A stretch of DNA of 63,471 nucleotides, the filler included, from Octopus bimaculoides (taxonomy: Eukaryota): NCBI RefSeq assembly GCF_001194135.2. It is 4 parts of 4 records of this genome, joined end to end, with 100 filler letters (N's around TTAATTAATTAA, not from the genome) between each part and the next. Parts side by side here need not be neighbours in the genome. Positions count along the whole stretch, not along the records: positions 19,889 to 34,199 come from NC_068986.1; positions 34,300 to 60,869 come from NC_068985.1; 2 more parts are not named here. One strand, given 5' to 3'. The notes under the pieces are model-generated. The model saw only the letters and a list, made by a program, of their open reading frames with translations. It made no database searches and was not told the origin of the DNA. Every line of letters begins with the position of its first letter. Positions within the stretch are counted from its first letter, which is position 1. Position numbers and translations under genes: made by a program. Positions 25,955-38,835 of the stretch are shown here, one piece after another.

Positions 25955-26230
25955 CAGTACCGTGTAAAAGTATTCGGCCACTTTAAACTATTGTAACTTT
26001 GTACTAATTGGAAACTTACAACTGGATATTTCGCATTGCGTTTTTTAAAGATGAAACATTGTTTCTGTTGCGGGTCATTTCAATACCCAATCATTATATT
26101 TTGTGGTAGAGGTTCTGAATAAATGGTGATGATGTGAGGCGATCTGCCAAAATGGACGTGCAGAAATGCTAGTCCACACTATATTTAAATTATAAATCTT
26201 GGGTCTCGGACTTCTATCTGAAAAATTCAA
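25955..26230 (+). mobile_element. Tc1-like transposon left-terminal fragment
   Basis: TA followed by CAGTACCGTGTAAAAGTATTCGGCCAC, resembling Tc1-family TIRs; no partner TIR seen. Confidence 0.45.
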
Positions 26231-29200
26231 ATTACTACCTATACGATACGCAGAGAAATTTTGCTATATACATACATANNNNNNNNNNNNNNNNNNNNNN
26301 NNNNNNNNNNNNNNNNNNNNNNNNNNNNNNNNNNNNNNNNNNNNNNNNNNNNNNNNNNNNNNNNNNNNNNNNNNNNNNNNNNNNNNNNNNNNNNNNNNNN
26401 NNNNNNNNNNNNNNNNNNNNNNNNNNNNNNNNNNNNNNNNNNNNNNNNNNNNNNNNNNNNNNNNNNNNNNNNNNNNNNNNNNNNNNNNNNNNNNNNNNNN
26501 NNNNNNNNNNNNNNNNNNNNNNNNNNNNNNNNNNNNNNNNNNNNNNNNNNNNNNNNNNNNNNNNNNNNNNNNNNNNNNNNNNNNNNNNNNNNNNNNNNNN
26601 NNNNNNNNNNNNNNNNNNNNNNNNNNNNNNNNNNNNNNNNNNNNNNNNNNNNNNNNNNNNNNNNNNNNNNNNNNNNNNNNNNNNNNNNNNNNNNNNNNNN
26701 NNNNNNNNNNNNNNNNNNNNNNNNNNNNNNNNNNNNNNNNNNNNNNNNNNNNNNNNNNNNNNNNNNNNNNNNNNNNNNNNNNNNNNNNNNNNNNNNNNNN
26801 NNNNNNNNNNNNNNNNNNNNNNNNNNNNNNNNNNNNNNNNNNNNNNNNNNNNNNNNNNNNNNNNNNNNNNNNNNNNNNNNNNNNNNNNNNNNATATATAT
26901 ATATATATATACATACATACTTACATGCACATACAAACACACACACATACACACTTACGTATACTCTTATACACGTATCAGCCATGCTGGAGCAAAACCA
27001 TGGTGTTTCTGATGTCCGCAGTTTACAATGGAAACACTTTAAATAGTTCACTGAGTATCTCTCATATCCTTCCTGGGTCTGCTGCTGAGTGAGTTATTCC
27101 CTTGTAACAAGGGTTCCATTTTATACTTTATTGCGGCTGTTTCATTCTAGAATCTATAGATAGCTTTTGGTTTGTTTTTATGCTTGTGTATGTATGTATG
27201 TATGTATGTATGTAGATTTATGTATGTAGGTATATATATGTGTGTGTGTGTGTGTATGGATGTATGTTTTTTTTATGTATGTAGATAAGTTTTGGCGTCG
27301 AGTCTAATGCCACATCTTTCCTCCAGTTGTTTGCTGATAATTTTCGAATATCAGTTCCACCTGCGCCTTTTCTAACATTGCTCAGGCCAGAGGGAATAAA
27401 GCGATGTGCATCCGTGATCCATTTATTCTCATTCTAACAGTTCAAACAGTAGAATTCATATAACTGAGCCACACGACAAGAAAATGTATATTTGTAAATA
27501 AGGGAGAGTGTCTTTTCCTAATCGATATGCTAATTAATATCTGAGAAATGATAATATAATAGATAACTAGGTTAATATTTATATGGTGAGCAAAATTCTT
27601 TCAAGTTAAGGAGCAGTGAAAACGGACAAGCTGACGCAGACCACAGCATCGTTTAATAATATTGCTCTGTTTATTCCATACTGTATGTTTTCGGCATTTG
27701 TAAAAAACAGCCTGTTGAGTACACAAGAAGGAAGCAGAAATAATTATGATTCGATCTCGTCGCACTGAACGTAAAGGAAATCGTAGGCCTCAACATACTT
27801 CTCTGAATGTTTGCCCTTACAACGTGCTCTACACAAGACTCAAAGGACGATGCCCAGGGCAATCTTACTCAATTCATAACCAACGTCCATATCAAAGAAC
27901 AATTTAATGTTCTGGCTGATGCATCGTCCGTCTAAATATATAATTTCTTTGAGCTTTGGGCTTCTTAGTGATGTCAACATGACATCGGAACGCGATTCCT
28001 CCAGCACCATTTTTACTATAATTTGTCATTATTAACTTTGTCCGAAAAAATGTTTTTGGAGAAAGTTGTCTGCATGACACTTATTTAAAAAAAAAATTGT
28101 TACCCTTAGAGAAGCTCTCTGTAAAGCTTAATTCATGCTTGCGGACTGCAAGAGTGACTCTCTTTGGTGTATTGACAATTTTAACCACAAGAGCACAACT
28201 CGAATGTCATCTACAACATTATTTTTCGAATCAGACGTTTCTCAGCAGTTATTAGACTACTCTTATAGAGAATGCAATGCCTCGACAGTCGGGAGAAATT
28301 GCTGCAACGAATACAAAGTAATCGGTAACTCACCGCACGATTAGACATCTTCAAATAAACGTGTGTAAAACAAACGACAAACTTGAAACGAAGGTAAATG
28401 AGACAGCTTCGACGGTTGAAACTCAGAGTAAAGTCATACACAAATAAATGCTTATATTTACGACGCTCAATCTGTGTGTAAGCTCATTACGATACATTTA
28501 GGCGTTGGCAACCACTTCTAGAAACCGGAACAAACATAGTTCGGCTTCTGGAGAGTAGATAATGATTACTAGTAAGAATTTCCGAAGAAAGCAATTACCA
28601 TTATAGGTGGTTAAACACCAGCAATGCAACGCAGAGCAGATTCCTTCCGAATCAGCGTGAAATTCAGTGATAAATCTTGTGATCATTTGACTACAATGAC
28701 AACAAATAATATTTAGACCATTGCATTCGCATGCTTTAGAAATGATTTTCTTCGTTGCAGTTAATGGGGAAATTTCTTCAATGTTGTAATAGAAAGGATG
28801 GCTTAGCGTACTTGGTTATGAACAATTTCATTAGTATATTTTTTTTTTGCTTCAAATAACAGAGACAAATGTACTTGCAGCAGTTATAGTGTTATGCTGT
28901 TGATTGAGAGGGCATTATTTGCATCTTTCTTCCAGCAGCAATTCTGAATACTGATAAACCACTCCTAAGAAGGGAGCACTATTTTAGTGATGAGTAGTTG
29001 TTCCGTCCAAATGCAACGAGCATGGGATGACGTGTAGCTATTACATTCAAGGACTACGAAACACGAGGGGGAACGTATTATATTTTTCGAGTATTAATAT
29101 TTTGTGGTATGAAGTTTATTGTTTGTACTTATACAGAGACTTTTGCATTCATAAAATATCTTAGCTTGGCTGGTGTCATGTGAACCTGCGCTTTGTCGGC

Positions 29201-30270
29201 GACTGCATTATTTACTCTGTTTTCTCTATTTTTTTGTCATAATGTATTGCAAAAAGTCGCAGCAACTTCGCTGCATCTTTTCCGGGTTATATTTTCTTCT
29301 GTGCATGCAAAACCAAAGCGTCTGCAGAAAATTATGTGTGTGTTTGCAGTAATGATATCATGCCTACATTTTTGCATTCATTGAAACTAAGTGCAGATAT
29401 TCCGATAAAAAACAATCGAATGTTTCATCTGAATTTCAATAAATATATATTCCGAAATACAGGCCGAAATCCGAATATTTAATTTTAGATAATAATTTCA
29501 TGGTTTCCATTTATGCTAATATAATAGAATACAATGTATATCTTCGGAAAACAGAACTGATAATCTCAACGCAATCTTAGATTTTTGGTTCTTCTCCGAA
29601 TAACTTTCAGAAAATCAACAACCGGAATGAGATTTATTTCAGAAACTTCATTGTTTATTTGTAACAAGACATTTCAGAGAATTCCTTGTACTATTATTGT
29701 CTACATAGTTGGAAAGATAATCCATAGAATATATCGATCAAATATGTTTCTGCATATCTATGTCTGGCAAACCTCAAATTATATTGCGATTAATTTCTTT
29801 TATAGAGCATGAAAACGATTTGAGAACATGATATATTACAAATTCTATGAATTTACTCGAATAAGAAATTATAGGAGTATTAAGGAATTTCATAAATCCT
29901 GCAAGCAATCATTTATTGCACAAAACTATAGAGTTATAAATATAAGATCAGTATGTTCGACGTTCAGATTGCTATGTGTAAACCGATGAAACTCTTACGT
30001 ATTCTTATAGAAAGAACAACCAAATATCTCTTAAAACATTTGAGCCGTCGAATTTGTCACTACACGGCCAGCGGTTATGCTCGTGCTAGAAGCCAAATAT
30101 ACATCCAATCATGCAATTCAACGAAGGTACTTCTACATCACTATTGGATATGCCCAAAATAAACAATCATCAACTCTCCCCTCATCAAAAGAAATGTAAG
30201 TGCCTATATGCAGATTTTATTTGATTGATATTATATCAAAATGTTTCTTATAACACACTATCTCTTAAAG

Positions 30271-30451
30271 CAGCGCTTCTTAAGCTTTTTTTGTTCGTGA
30301 CCCCATTTTTCATCACGACCCTGGGTATTAATATGTGTTTGTAAAATAACATATAAACTGAAATTCAAGTGTTTGAATTTGATTTTCGTGACCCCAGCAT
30401 TTCTCTTCGCCACCCCAAATGGGGTCGCAACCCATAGTTTAAGAAATTCTG
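30271..30451. mobile_element. 181-bp hAT (Charlie-like) MITE
   Basis: TIRs CAGCGCTTCTTAA / TTAAGAAATTCTG; 8-bp TSD TCTTAAAG / TTTTAAAG (7/8); subterminal GACCCC/GGGGTC motifs. Confidence 0.85.
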
Positions 30452-31605
30452 TTTTAAAGAATAAGGCATAAGGAATTCACAATATTGCCATGATCACAAA
30501 ACGTATGCTAAATATTCTCTGAATTACCTTTAATTATAGGTATTCTCAATCTGCTTCTTCCTGCAAATCAAATAGCAATATCTAAAATACCATCATGAAT
30601 TGCATATGGAAGTATTATAAGGTATAACAAGTATATGACGCAGTGGATTGCTTTCTGTAATACCATATATTCTTTAATATATATTCTCTCGCTGAGTCAG
30701 TTATTCATTCTACTATTAAATTATATTAACTATTGTCAGAATCATGCTGCTTCCAGATGTAACGTAAATAAATGCATAGATGTGTGCATACAACTTAAGG
30801 ACTGATATGGGATTATTATTTCGATCCAGTTGATTTTGAACTAAATGATACCGTAGTTTGCTTTACATTGAAATTTAAGTATATTAAAGGTATAAAATAT
30901 TGTTAAGAAAAGAAATAAAATGGAAATTGGCGTGTGCTTTAGTAAGAAGAAATTTATATTAATGCTCATCACTACTTTAGCATTTTTCTTAACCCTTTAT
31001 TTATTTTCATTCAATGAAAATGCTTACTCGCTAACACAAACATTATCAATGATTAGAATCGATTTTACTTTTACAGTAGTAGGTGCATGTTTTTTTTTTA
31101 TTAGTTTTGATGGATATATCAAATGAATACATAAATAACTGATACGTTGTTTTGGATAGTTTGCCTCTTGGTCAATAGTTAACAAGTACATTTAATTGTG
31201 AGGACATATTTAATAAAAGTTGTATAAGAAAATTTCCCAAGACACACGTAATACACTTCACAAAAAACACTTTTTAGTAGGCATTCAGATAATATTGTAC
31301 ATTGGCTAATGAGAATGTGCCGTTTCTCTTTTAAAAAAATGACTATCTCTGGACGTAGTATGTATGAGATTATCAAAACAAGTTAAAGTTCATAAAATGA
31401 CGCACCATTTTAAGTTATGTCTCTTGGTTATTACAAAAACAGTAGTACACATGTTACATTTCCTCACAGCATTGCAGAGAGCAAATTTAAACGCAACAAT
31501 CCTAACTACAATATATTTATGCGTTCTTCATTCATCTTGGCTGCTTCAAACGTGAATAACCGCCGCAATCTCTTCGTCATCGGAGAACGCTTCTTTCCTT
31601 TAGAC

Positions 31606-31699
31606 GACGTTTCGTAGCATACGCTATATATCAGTTAATCAGTGAAGGGATCGTTTAGGCACTGCAGTGTTTCGACCTTCTTTTGTGTCTCCTCAGTGG
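31606..31699 (-). ncRNA. Tandem pair of degenerate hammerhead-like motifs
   Basis: CTGAGGA GAC..GTC GAAA CACTGCAGTG (palindromic stem III) followed by CTGATAT A TAGC-GTAT-GCTA C GAAACGTC; stem I pairings are poor. Confidence 0.5.
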
Positions 31700-31859
31700 A
31701 GAATTAACTAATAATAGTCAACAGACAACTACAAATTATTCGTCAGAAACCACATTGTTACAAAAACGTGGAAGAATAACAACACATATTTGTAGGAAAT
31801 GAGGCATTTCTTCTGCATTTAAAACTGATATAGAATCATAGAAATTATATTTGGCGCAT

Positions 31860-31917
<58 letters not shown>

Positions 31918-34199
31918 CAATGTCAATGAGTATATGATAAAGAAAAAACTGATTTTTCTTCCGAAATTATTCGCTCCTAATCTTTTACACAAAATATTAA
32001 TTCTATTTGTTTAACAAATAAAATAGCTATTGATGTTTAATGATATTTTTATAACACCGTTACCTTTCAGCAAATATCATTTATATACAATAATATTTCA
32101 TAAAGGAAAGAAGAAACAATTTGATTTATTATCATCAATGATATGTTATGTTTTTGTCTTTAATTATTTCAGTAATTTTTTGTAAGAAAATATACATTAA
32201 AGCAATTTGTGTATAATTGAAATTCAAATACACTTTTGTACATTCATGGCACATTATTTATTATGTTAAAATATATATTGATATATCATAACATCAATTT
32301 AAATATCTCATAATTTAATTTTACTTATTGATTTCGGTTTTTAGTTTGTCAGTATTCGTTCCTTTCATCTAATATTTTGTGACTGAGTGTAATTAATAGA
32401 CTAAATTCAAATATTTACCAATATGAACTATTAATATTTCTTATTAAAAGCAGTATATTGGTATATAAAATACTACTTCCTTAATACAGATCAGCTAAAT
32501 TTTATCCGGACATAATGTAAAATATACTGAACATGCCCTTCCAGAACGTATGTAGTTACAAAATTTTGCTAAGGTGATAACATTTTAGTGTGATTGCATT
32601 GTACACATTATGACGTTCACAAAAAATTTAGTTCGGTATATGGAATATTTTACTGTCTATTGTAAATGTGAGCATTGATAACGACATACACACATAAATT
32701 ACTATATATAGTTTCAGTTCGCATGTATATAAGTTAGTCATTTTTGTTACTTCCCTGTACTGTAAAACAATCTCGTACGATAGATAAATGATTTCAAATA
32801 TTGAATATTCAATTCAGCGAAACAAGACGCCATTCATATTAAGCAATTTTATTACATAATTCGTTTATTTCTTTCAGTGCGTTAAACACTTGAAAGATTG
32901 ATAATTTAATCATTGAGTGAAATAAAAGGATGTATATTTCCTTCCAAGCTCTATTGCATTTCCCTATAAATGTTCGCAATATATTTTTTAAACAATTAAT
33001 TCTCCAGAAATTAATTCAACGTCGCCAAGTAGTGCTAACTTGTTTGAATAAAAAAATAATTAAATGTTGATATGAATAATTCTGGTAAAATTTACGAAGA
33101 GTTTATTTGAAAGGATCTTTTGGAATGTTTGTCCTGAATACTCACGTATAAAGAATACAATGAGTGCATATTCCACTTAAGAATTATTTCTGTGTACACA
33201 AAAACTGAGAGATAACGCTGTTTTATAAACAACGAGTATCTTCTAACGTCATACGAATATATACGGTGCTATTTATTAAAACACTCTACGCAACAACTGA
33301 TGTTACTCATTACGTCTAAAGAAGGGAGACAAGTCCCAAGGATGTTGCAGCCCACTATCACTTACGTTGGTAGCTGGTTTAAACGCTTCTCTTTAACTTC
33401 AGTCAGTCGAATTCTTCTGAGTGAGTATCTTCTGAGGAGAAACGAATGTGAAGTGCCTGACGCATTGTGTCCATGTGGAGCACAACTTCGTTATGGTAGA
33501 TGTGTGGAGGACATATCTCAAGTCTTTCATAAAATAAATAGTAATTTGTGACGATAGATAATAAAAATTGTAAGGTACAGTATCTGCATCGGTTCACAGC
33601 ATGTCCTTTGCTAATTAGAAACTCTCGAATATTCAGGATTATTTTACATGTTGTGTTTGTAAGTTGTTCTTATGAAAGAACCATAATCTATGAATACAGG
33701 ACACATTCAATATGATATGTTCAACTATTTCATGAATATCATAGGTTCAGCTTAGCATATGCCCATGGATGACAGGAAGCAAGTATAGGTATAATTTGTT
33801 TACAATCTTTTATTAGGCGGCGCAAGAATCGGTAGAACGTTGATTGGAATTCTATGACACAGCCTGGTTGTTACAAAACTGTCAATGTTGTGGTTTGGAT
33901 TCCTTCGGGCTATAATGGAACGTATTCATATCATATCATATCTAAGAGGTTGATAGTGGTTAAACTAATTTGGGAGAATGTTGTCATGCGAAGTGTAGTT
34001 ATATTTTAGGCTTAGGCCATGTCATAGTATATTGATTTCTCTTGCACACTGTACAGAATAATGTCAACTATATTGTGACAGGTGAAATATTATCACGCAA
34101 TAAAATGACGTGAATATTTTTCGCGTACTCACTGTATTACATTATATATATATATATATATATATATACAAGAATAAGGGCATGGAATCGTCAATTAAT

Positions 34200-34299
34200 N
34201 NNNNNNNNNNNNNNNNNNNNNNNNNNNNNNNNNNNNNNNNNNNTTAATTAATTAANNNNNNNNNNNNNNNNNNNNNNNNNNNNNNNNNNNNNNNNNNNN
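34200..34299. other. 100-bp assembly spacer
   Basis: Same N44-TTAATTAATTAA-N44 construct. Confidence 0.9.
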
Positions 34300-34312
34300 A
34301 TATATATACATA

Positions 34313-34598
34313 TGGACATGTCTGTCCTTGGCTGGCCTCAAATCTCACCTGCGAACCCATGGAAAACAAACCTCATCCAGCTATTCTGATTATATATCTG
34401 TGCACACGTTTGAATGTGGTGTGTGCCAGAGGGTTTGCAAATCCAATGGGGGTCTTAAAAGACATGTTAGGATCCACAATGAGCAGAACTTACTTGCAGG
34501 TATTGGTAGTGCAAATCAGAGGTGCAATCTGTGTGGGTGTTTTTTCAAAACACTGGTTTAAAAAGCCACATCAGACGCCATGAAAGGGTTAATGTGTA
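34313..34598 (+). pseudogene. Frameshifted triple C2H2 zinc-finger fragment, probably a LINE C-terminus
   Basis: (C)GHVC..LAGLKSHLRTH, CGVCQRVCKSNGGLKRHVRIH and CNLCGCFFKTL.GLKSHIRRH; long non-TGEKPY linkers; frameshifts in fingers 1 and 3. Confidence 0.7.
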
Positions 34599-34649
34599 GG
34601 CGCAGGAGGTGGTCAAACTCTGTTTAAGGAGTAGACAACCACCATATAT

Positions 34650-35070
34650 ATGGACAATAGTTGATGTATATTAGCTGCAGTGAGTCCAAAGCAGAGAATG
34701 TTGGACACTACTCTGCAGTCAGTCAATAGGCTGACTGCAGTGTGTGATGGCACTGTTGTGTACATTGAGACTACGTCAAGACTGAAGGCATATCTGTTTT
34801 GCTTGAGTTGGTCTGGGGGCAGTTGGTGCAGTATTTTGATGACTTCGTTGGAGTTCTTGACGTGTCGAGGAAAATGGAGCATATGGGTTTCAGGATGTGA
34901 GAAAGTAGCCAGGATATTTTATATAGAGGTCCTTCACGCTGGAGATGATGGATCTAATCTGGATCGTGTTGCTATCCTTCTGTGTTTTATTGAGATAGAA
35001 CCTGGGTGATTTACTGTTCTCTGTGATGAAGTTATTCTTGTATTTGCTATGTAGTTGTCTCCATCTACAA
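34650..35070 (-). mobile_element. Penelope-like element, inverted 5' RT segment
   Basis: SPRFY..KTQK..IRSIISS and HVKNSNEVIK..FSLDVVSMYTTVP (PLE RT motifs) on minus strand, ending TAANIHQLLSI. Confidence 0.9.
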
Positions 35071-35075
35071 ATGCC

Positions 35076-36510
35076 ACCGCTGCTAATATACATTAACTAT
35101 TGTCCATCATCATGGATGACACCTACTTCTCTTTCCATGATCACATATACAAACAGACAACAGTCTCCCCATAGGATCCAGTGTCTCTAGCCTACTAGCC
35201 ATCACCTATATGAACCATCTGGAATGTCGAGCACTCAACATCTGCCGCTCATGCGCCTTCTTCACCAGGTACGTAGATGACATCCTCATACTCACATCCT
35301 CCCATGAAGAGGCTGACAGAATATTCACAACATTCAATAACATGGACATGAACATACAGTTCACTATAGAACATCCCGAAAACACTGGACACTATCATTA
35401 CTTGACTTCCAACTGAAAATAACGGAAGAAGGAGAGATCCACACCGAGTTCTACAGGAAAGCAGCCAGCAGAGATATGTTTGTCCAGTACAGTTCAGCCC
35501 TTCCACTCGGTGCCAAAATAGGATATGCCAGAAATGGACTTGCATGCATCCAGAGTAAGTGCAACAAGACAGAGGACAATGTAACCCACACTACACGCTT
35601 CCTAGAGATATTGAAAACCAACGGGTACCCTATATCCATTGTAAATCGGCTTAAGCAACCAAAACGAGAGATATGCCGAACACAAAAGAAATCCCGCAAC
35701 ACATGCTTCCTTAAAATACCCCATTTTAGCAAGAGGATAAGTACAGCCATCTGAAGAGCCATAAGAAGAGAAAGACTAGACATACAATTAGCCCACTCCG
35801 GCCCCTCTCTGAAGAGACACCTAGCAAAGAAATGAGTAAGAGACAGCAATCAATGTACATTAACAAACTGCCTCATCCGTGACACAGATTTATGCCAACG
35901 GATAAATATTGTGTATAGAATACAATGTAACAAATGCAACAAGTTCACAACAAGACCGTTACACATTCGCATCAAAGAACATCTGAACACAAAAGCCTCC
36001 TCCTTCAGAAAACTTCTAGACAAATGCCGGAACACCAACAAAAGCATAACAGTCACAATTGAGGCCAATGAAAGAAATTTGGGTAATCTAAGAATTAAGG
36101 AAGCTATCCTTATACACAGACTAGGGCCCCAAATTAACAACAAGCTGGAGGTTGGCAGTCAATATATTATTTAGCTACATCTGGATGTGCATAGGTTCAC
36201 TTTTGATAACATGCTCATGTGTTGTTTATAAAATAAAAGAAAGAAGAAAGAACAGAAGAAATAAGGGAACTGCACGTATAATACATAACTTAGAAGCAGT
36301 GCTACGGATGTGCCAGCACACACGAGCTTGAGACATGGCCACTCTCATGCACTTCTCATGAGGAATTCCGGAAGGAGTTTTGTTAGACCACTGCAGAGAT
36401 AGTTCCAGGAAAAAAAAAAACTGTTGGAAAACCAATTATAGCAGTGACTCGATCAATTCCTAGGGATCTCTGAAGAAGGAATTTTTGTATTCTGAAATAT
36501 TATATCAGAC
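35076..36510 (+). mobile_element. Penelope-like element 3' part: RT (YVDD), thumb, GIY-YIG-like endonuclease and 3' UTR
   Basis: LLSIIMDDTYFSF..YKQT..PIGS, TRYVDDIL, EFYRK, LKTNGYP, NIVYRIQCNKC, RIKEH, RIKEAILI..GPQINNK; a few stops and frameshifts. Confidence 0.92.
36467..36509 (+). ncRNA. Minimal hammerhead candidate at PLE 3' end
   Basis: TCT CTGAAGA A GGAAT-TTTTGT-ATTCT GAAA; stem III ATAT-T-ATAT; AUC triplet (C36506); only 3-bp stem I TCT/AGA. Confidence 0.6.
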
Positions 36511-37932
36511 TATTGATGATTAAATCATAACAGTTATTATAGTCCATTGTTGCTATTATAGTGCATTGTTGTGCCATTCAACACACATTTTATTTACAAA
36601 CAATACACAATTCTTCAAGCGAACTACAATACTCTCCTAATACTGTAATTATCATAGTATCATTGCTTGTGACCAGAATCTTGTGAAATAGTCTAGTAGT
36701 TTCAAAGTCACAGATTATCAATCTCATTATGTATGTTTTTAATCTTTCACCGTTTCACTGTCCATCTTCAAGGACCCACCTGTCTCTCCCTCCTACCATT
36801 ACTATAGAGGAGATTTGCATTCTATAGAAAAAGTTAAAATCACAAGAGAAGACATATGAACTTTATAGAGAAAGCTACCTTACTGAGAATATTTGTATTT
36901 TAATTCAGAATGTTAATTGAAGATCCATTCTCTAATTTCATATTTTAGATTCCATACAGATTTTTCAACAGAGACTTTTAATATTATAATATTATGACAC
37001 TAATGGCCTACTGTCCATGTAGACAGTTATGTCTATGAAACAAGACAGTATACAGCTTTATAATAATGGTCTTTCATACAGGCATGTTGTAACTGCCACA
37101 GATACAATATTTGAAGCGGGCTACAAATACATGAACCAGGAATGATAGATAGCTTGACATTGTTCAGTCTTAGCACTTCTCAGAGAATGCTTTAGAAATT
37201 ACATTTAAATTACATTTAAGAAAACCTTCCCAGATTAAAGAGTCTCTCTGTATCAGAGAACAGATTTGTATTTTGTAACTGAAGTAATTTTGAGGATTAA
37301 ACTTTAGTCAATACTTAATTAGTTGATGCTTTGTCCAACTCCTAATGGTCTCAAGCTTCAACTACTGTGCCACCTCTCATGCTAACAAATCATTTATCAG
37401 AGAAATTCTTCCAGCTGTTCTCCCTCCATGACACAACTTTCTTTCATCACATGTTACCAACATTATCCTCCTTTAAACTTTAAACCGTTCCTGCATCAGT
37501 TTTCTTCAAACATTTCCTCTCACAGACTTTAGATAATATGGCATATGAATAGCAGTAAACTTTAAGATTTCTCAAAGGTTCCTACTTTAAGGAGTTTTAC
37601 AAATTTCTTGAGTTAAGTATCGCTATGAATTACAAACATTATCCATTAATATGGATGGTTGTTCTATCTCGACTCGTTTACATCATATACATCAAAATTC
37701 AGCTATTTTCTAAATTTCTGTAAGTTTAAGATGGAAGATAGACTTGCTATATATCAATATTTATTAACCAAAAGAACCTTCCTTCTTCCTAACCAATGCT
37801 AGATATGGTTACAGCAAAATAGTTACTGATGTTAGAGAGGAAACTTGATGTCAATATAGTTTTGACAATGGTCAAAACTGTAGGGTTCCATAGAAATGGA
37901 GAGTCACAACATTTGTATATTTACCAATCAAT

Positions 37933-38835
37933 CATCATCATCATCATCATCGTTTAACGTCCGCTTTCCATGCTAGCATGGGTTGGACGATTTGACTGAG
38001 GACTGGTGCAACCGGATGGCTACACCAGGTTCCAATCTAATTTGGCAGAGTTTCTACAGCTGGATGCCCTTCCTAACGCCAACCACTCAGAGAGTGTAGT
38101 GGGTGCTTTTACGTGTCACCCGCACGAAAACGGCCACGCTCGAAATGGTGTCTTTTATGTGCCACCCGCACAAGAGCCAGTCCAGGGGCACTGGCAACGA
38201 TCTCACTTGGCTTGCCGGGTCTTCTCACGCACAGCACATTTCCAAAGGTCTCGGTCAGTAGTCATCGCCTCGGTGAGGCCCAATGTTCGAAGGTCTTGCC
38301 TCACCACCTCAGCCCAGGTCTTCCTGGGCCTACCTCTTCCACGGGTTCCCTCAACTGTTAGGGAGTGGCACTTTTTCATGNNNNNNNNNNATCTAATTTG
38401 GCAGAGTTTCTACAGCTGGATGCCCTTCCTAACGCCAACCACTCAGAGAGTGTAGTGGGTGCTTTTACGTGTCACCCGCACGAAAACGGCCACGCTCGAA
38501 ATGGTGTCTTTTATGTGCCACCCGCACAAGAGCCAGTCCAGGGGCACTGGCAACGATCTCACTTGGCTTGCCGGGTCTTCTCACGCACAGCACATTTCCA
38601 AAGGTCTCGGTCAGTAGTCATCGCCTCGGTGAGGCCCAATGTTCGAAGGTCTTGCCTCACCACCTCAGCCCAGGTCTTCCTGGGCCTACCTCTTCCACGG
38701 GTTCCCTCAACTGTTAGGGAGTGGCACTTTTTCATGCAGCTATCCTCATTCATTTTCACCACATGTCCAAACCAGCGCAATCGTCTCTCTTGCACACCAC
38801 TACTGACGCTTCTTATGTTCAGCTTTTCTCTCAAG
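37933..38835 (-). mobile_element. RTE-clade LINE 3' end with (GAT)n tail (contains an artefactual 346-bp duplication)
   Basis: SILREKLNIRSVSSGVQERRLRWFGHVVKMNEDSCMKKC...GTRGRGRPRKTWAEVVRQDL; tail reads (TCA)n on plus at 37933-37950. Confidence 0.9.

Noticed and set aside
38035-38736. Perfect 346-bp tandem duplication (38035-38380 = 38391-38736)
   Set aside because: Identical copies separated by a 10-N gap and ending at the contig edge; typical unmerged overlap artefact
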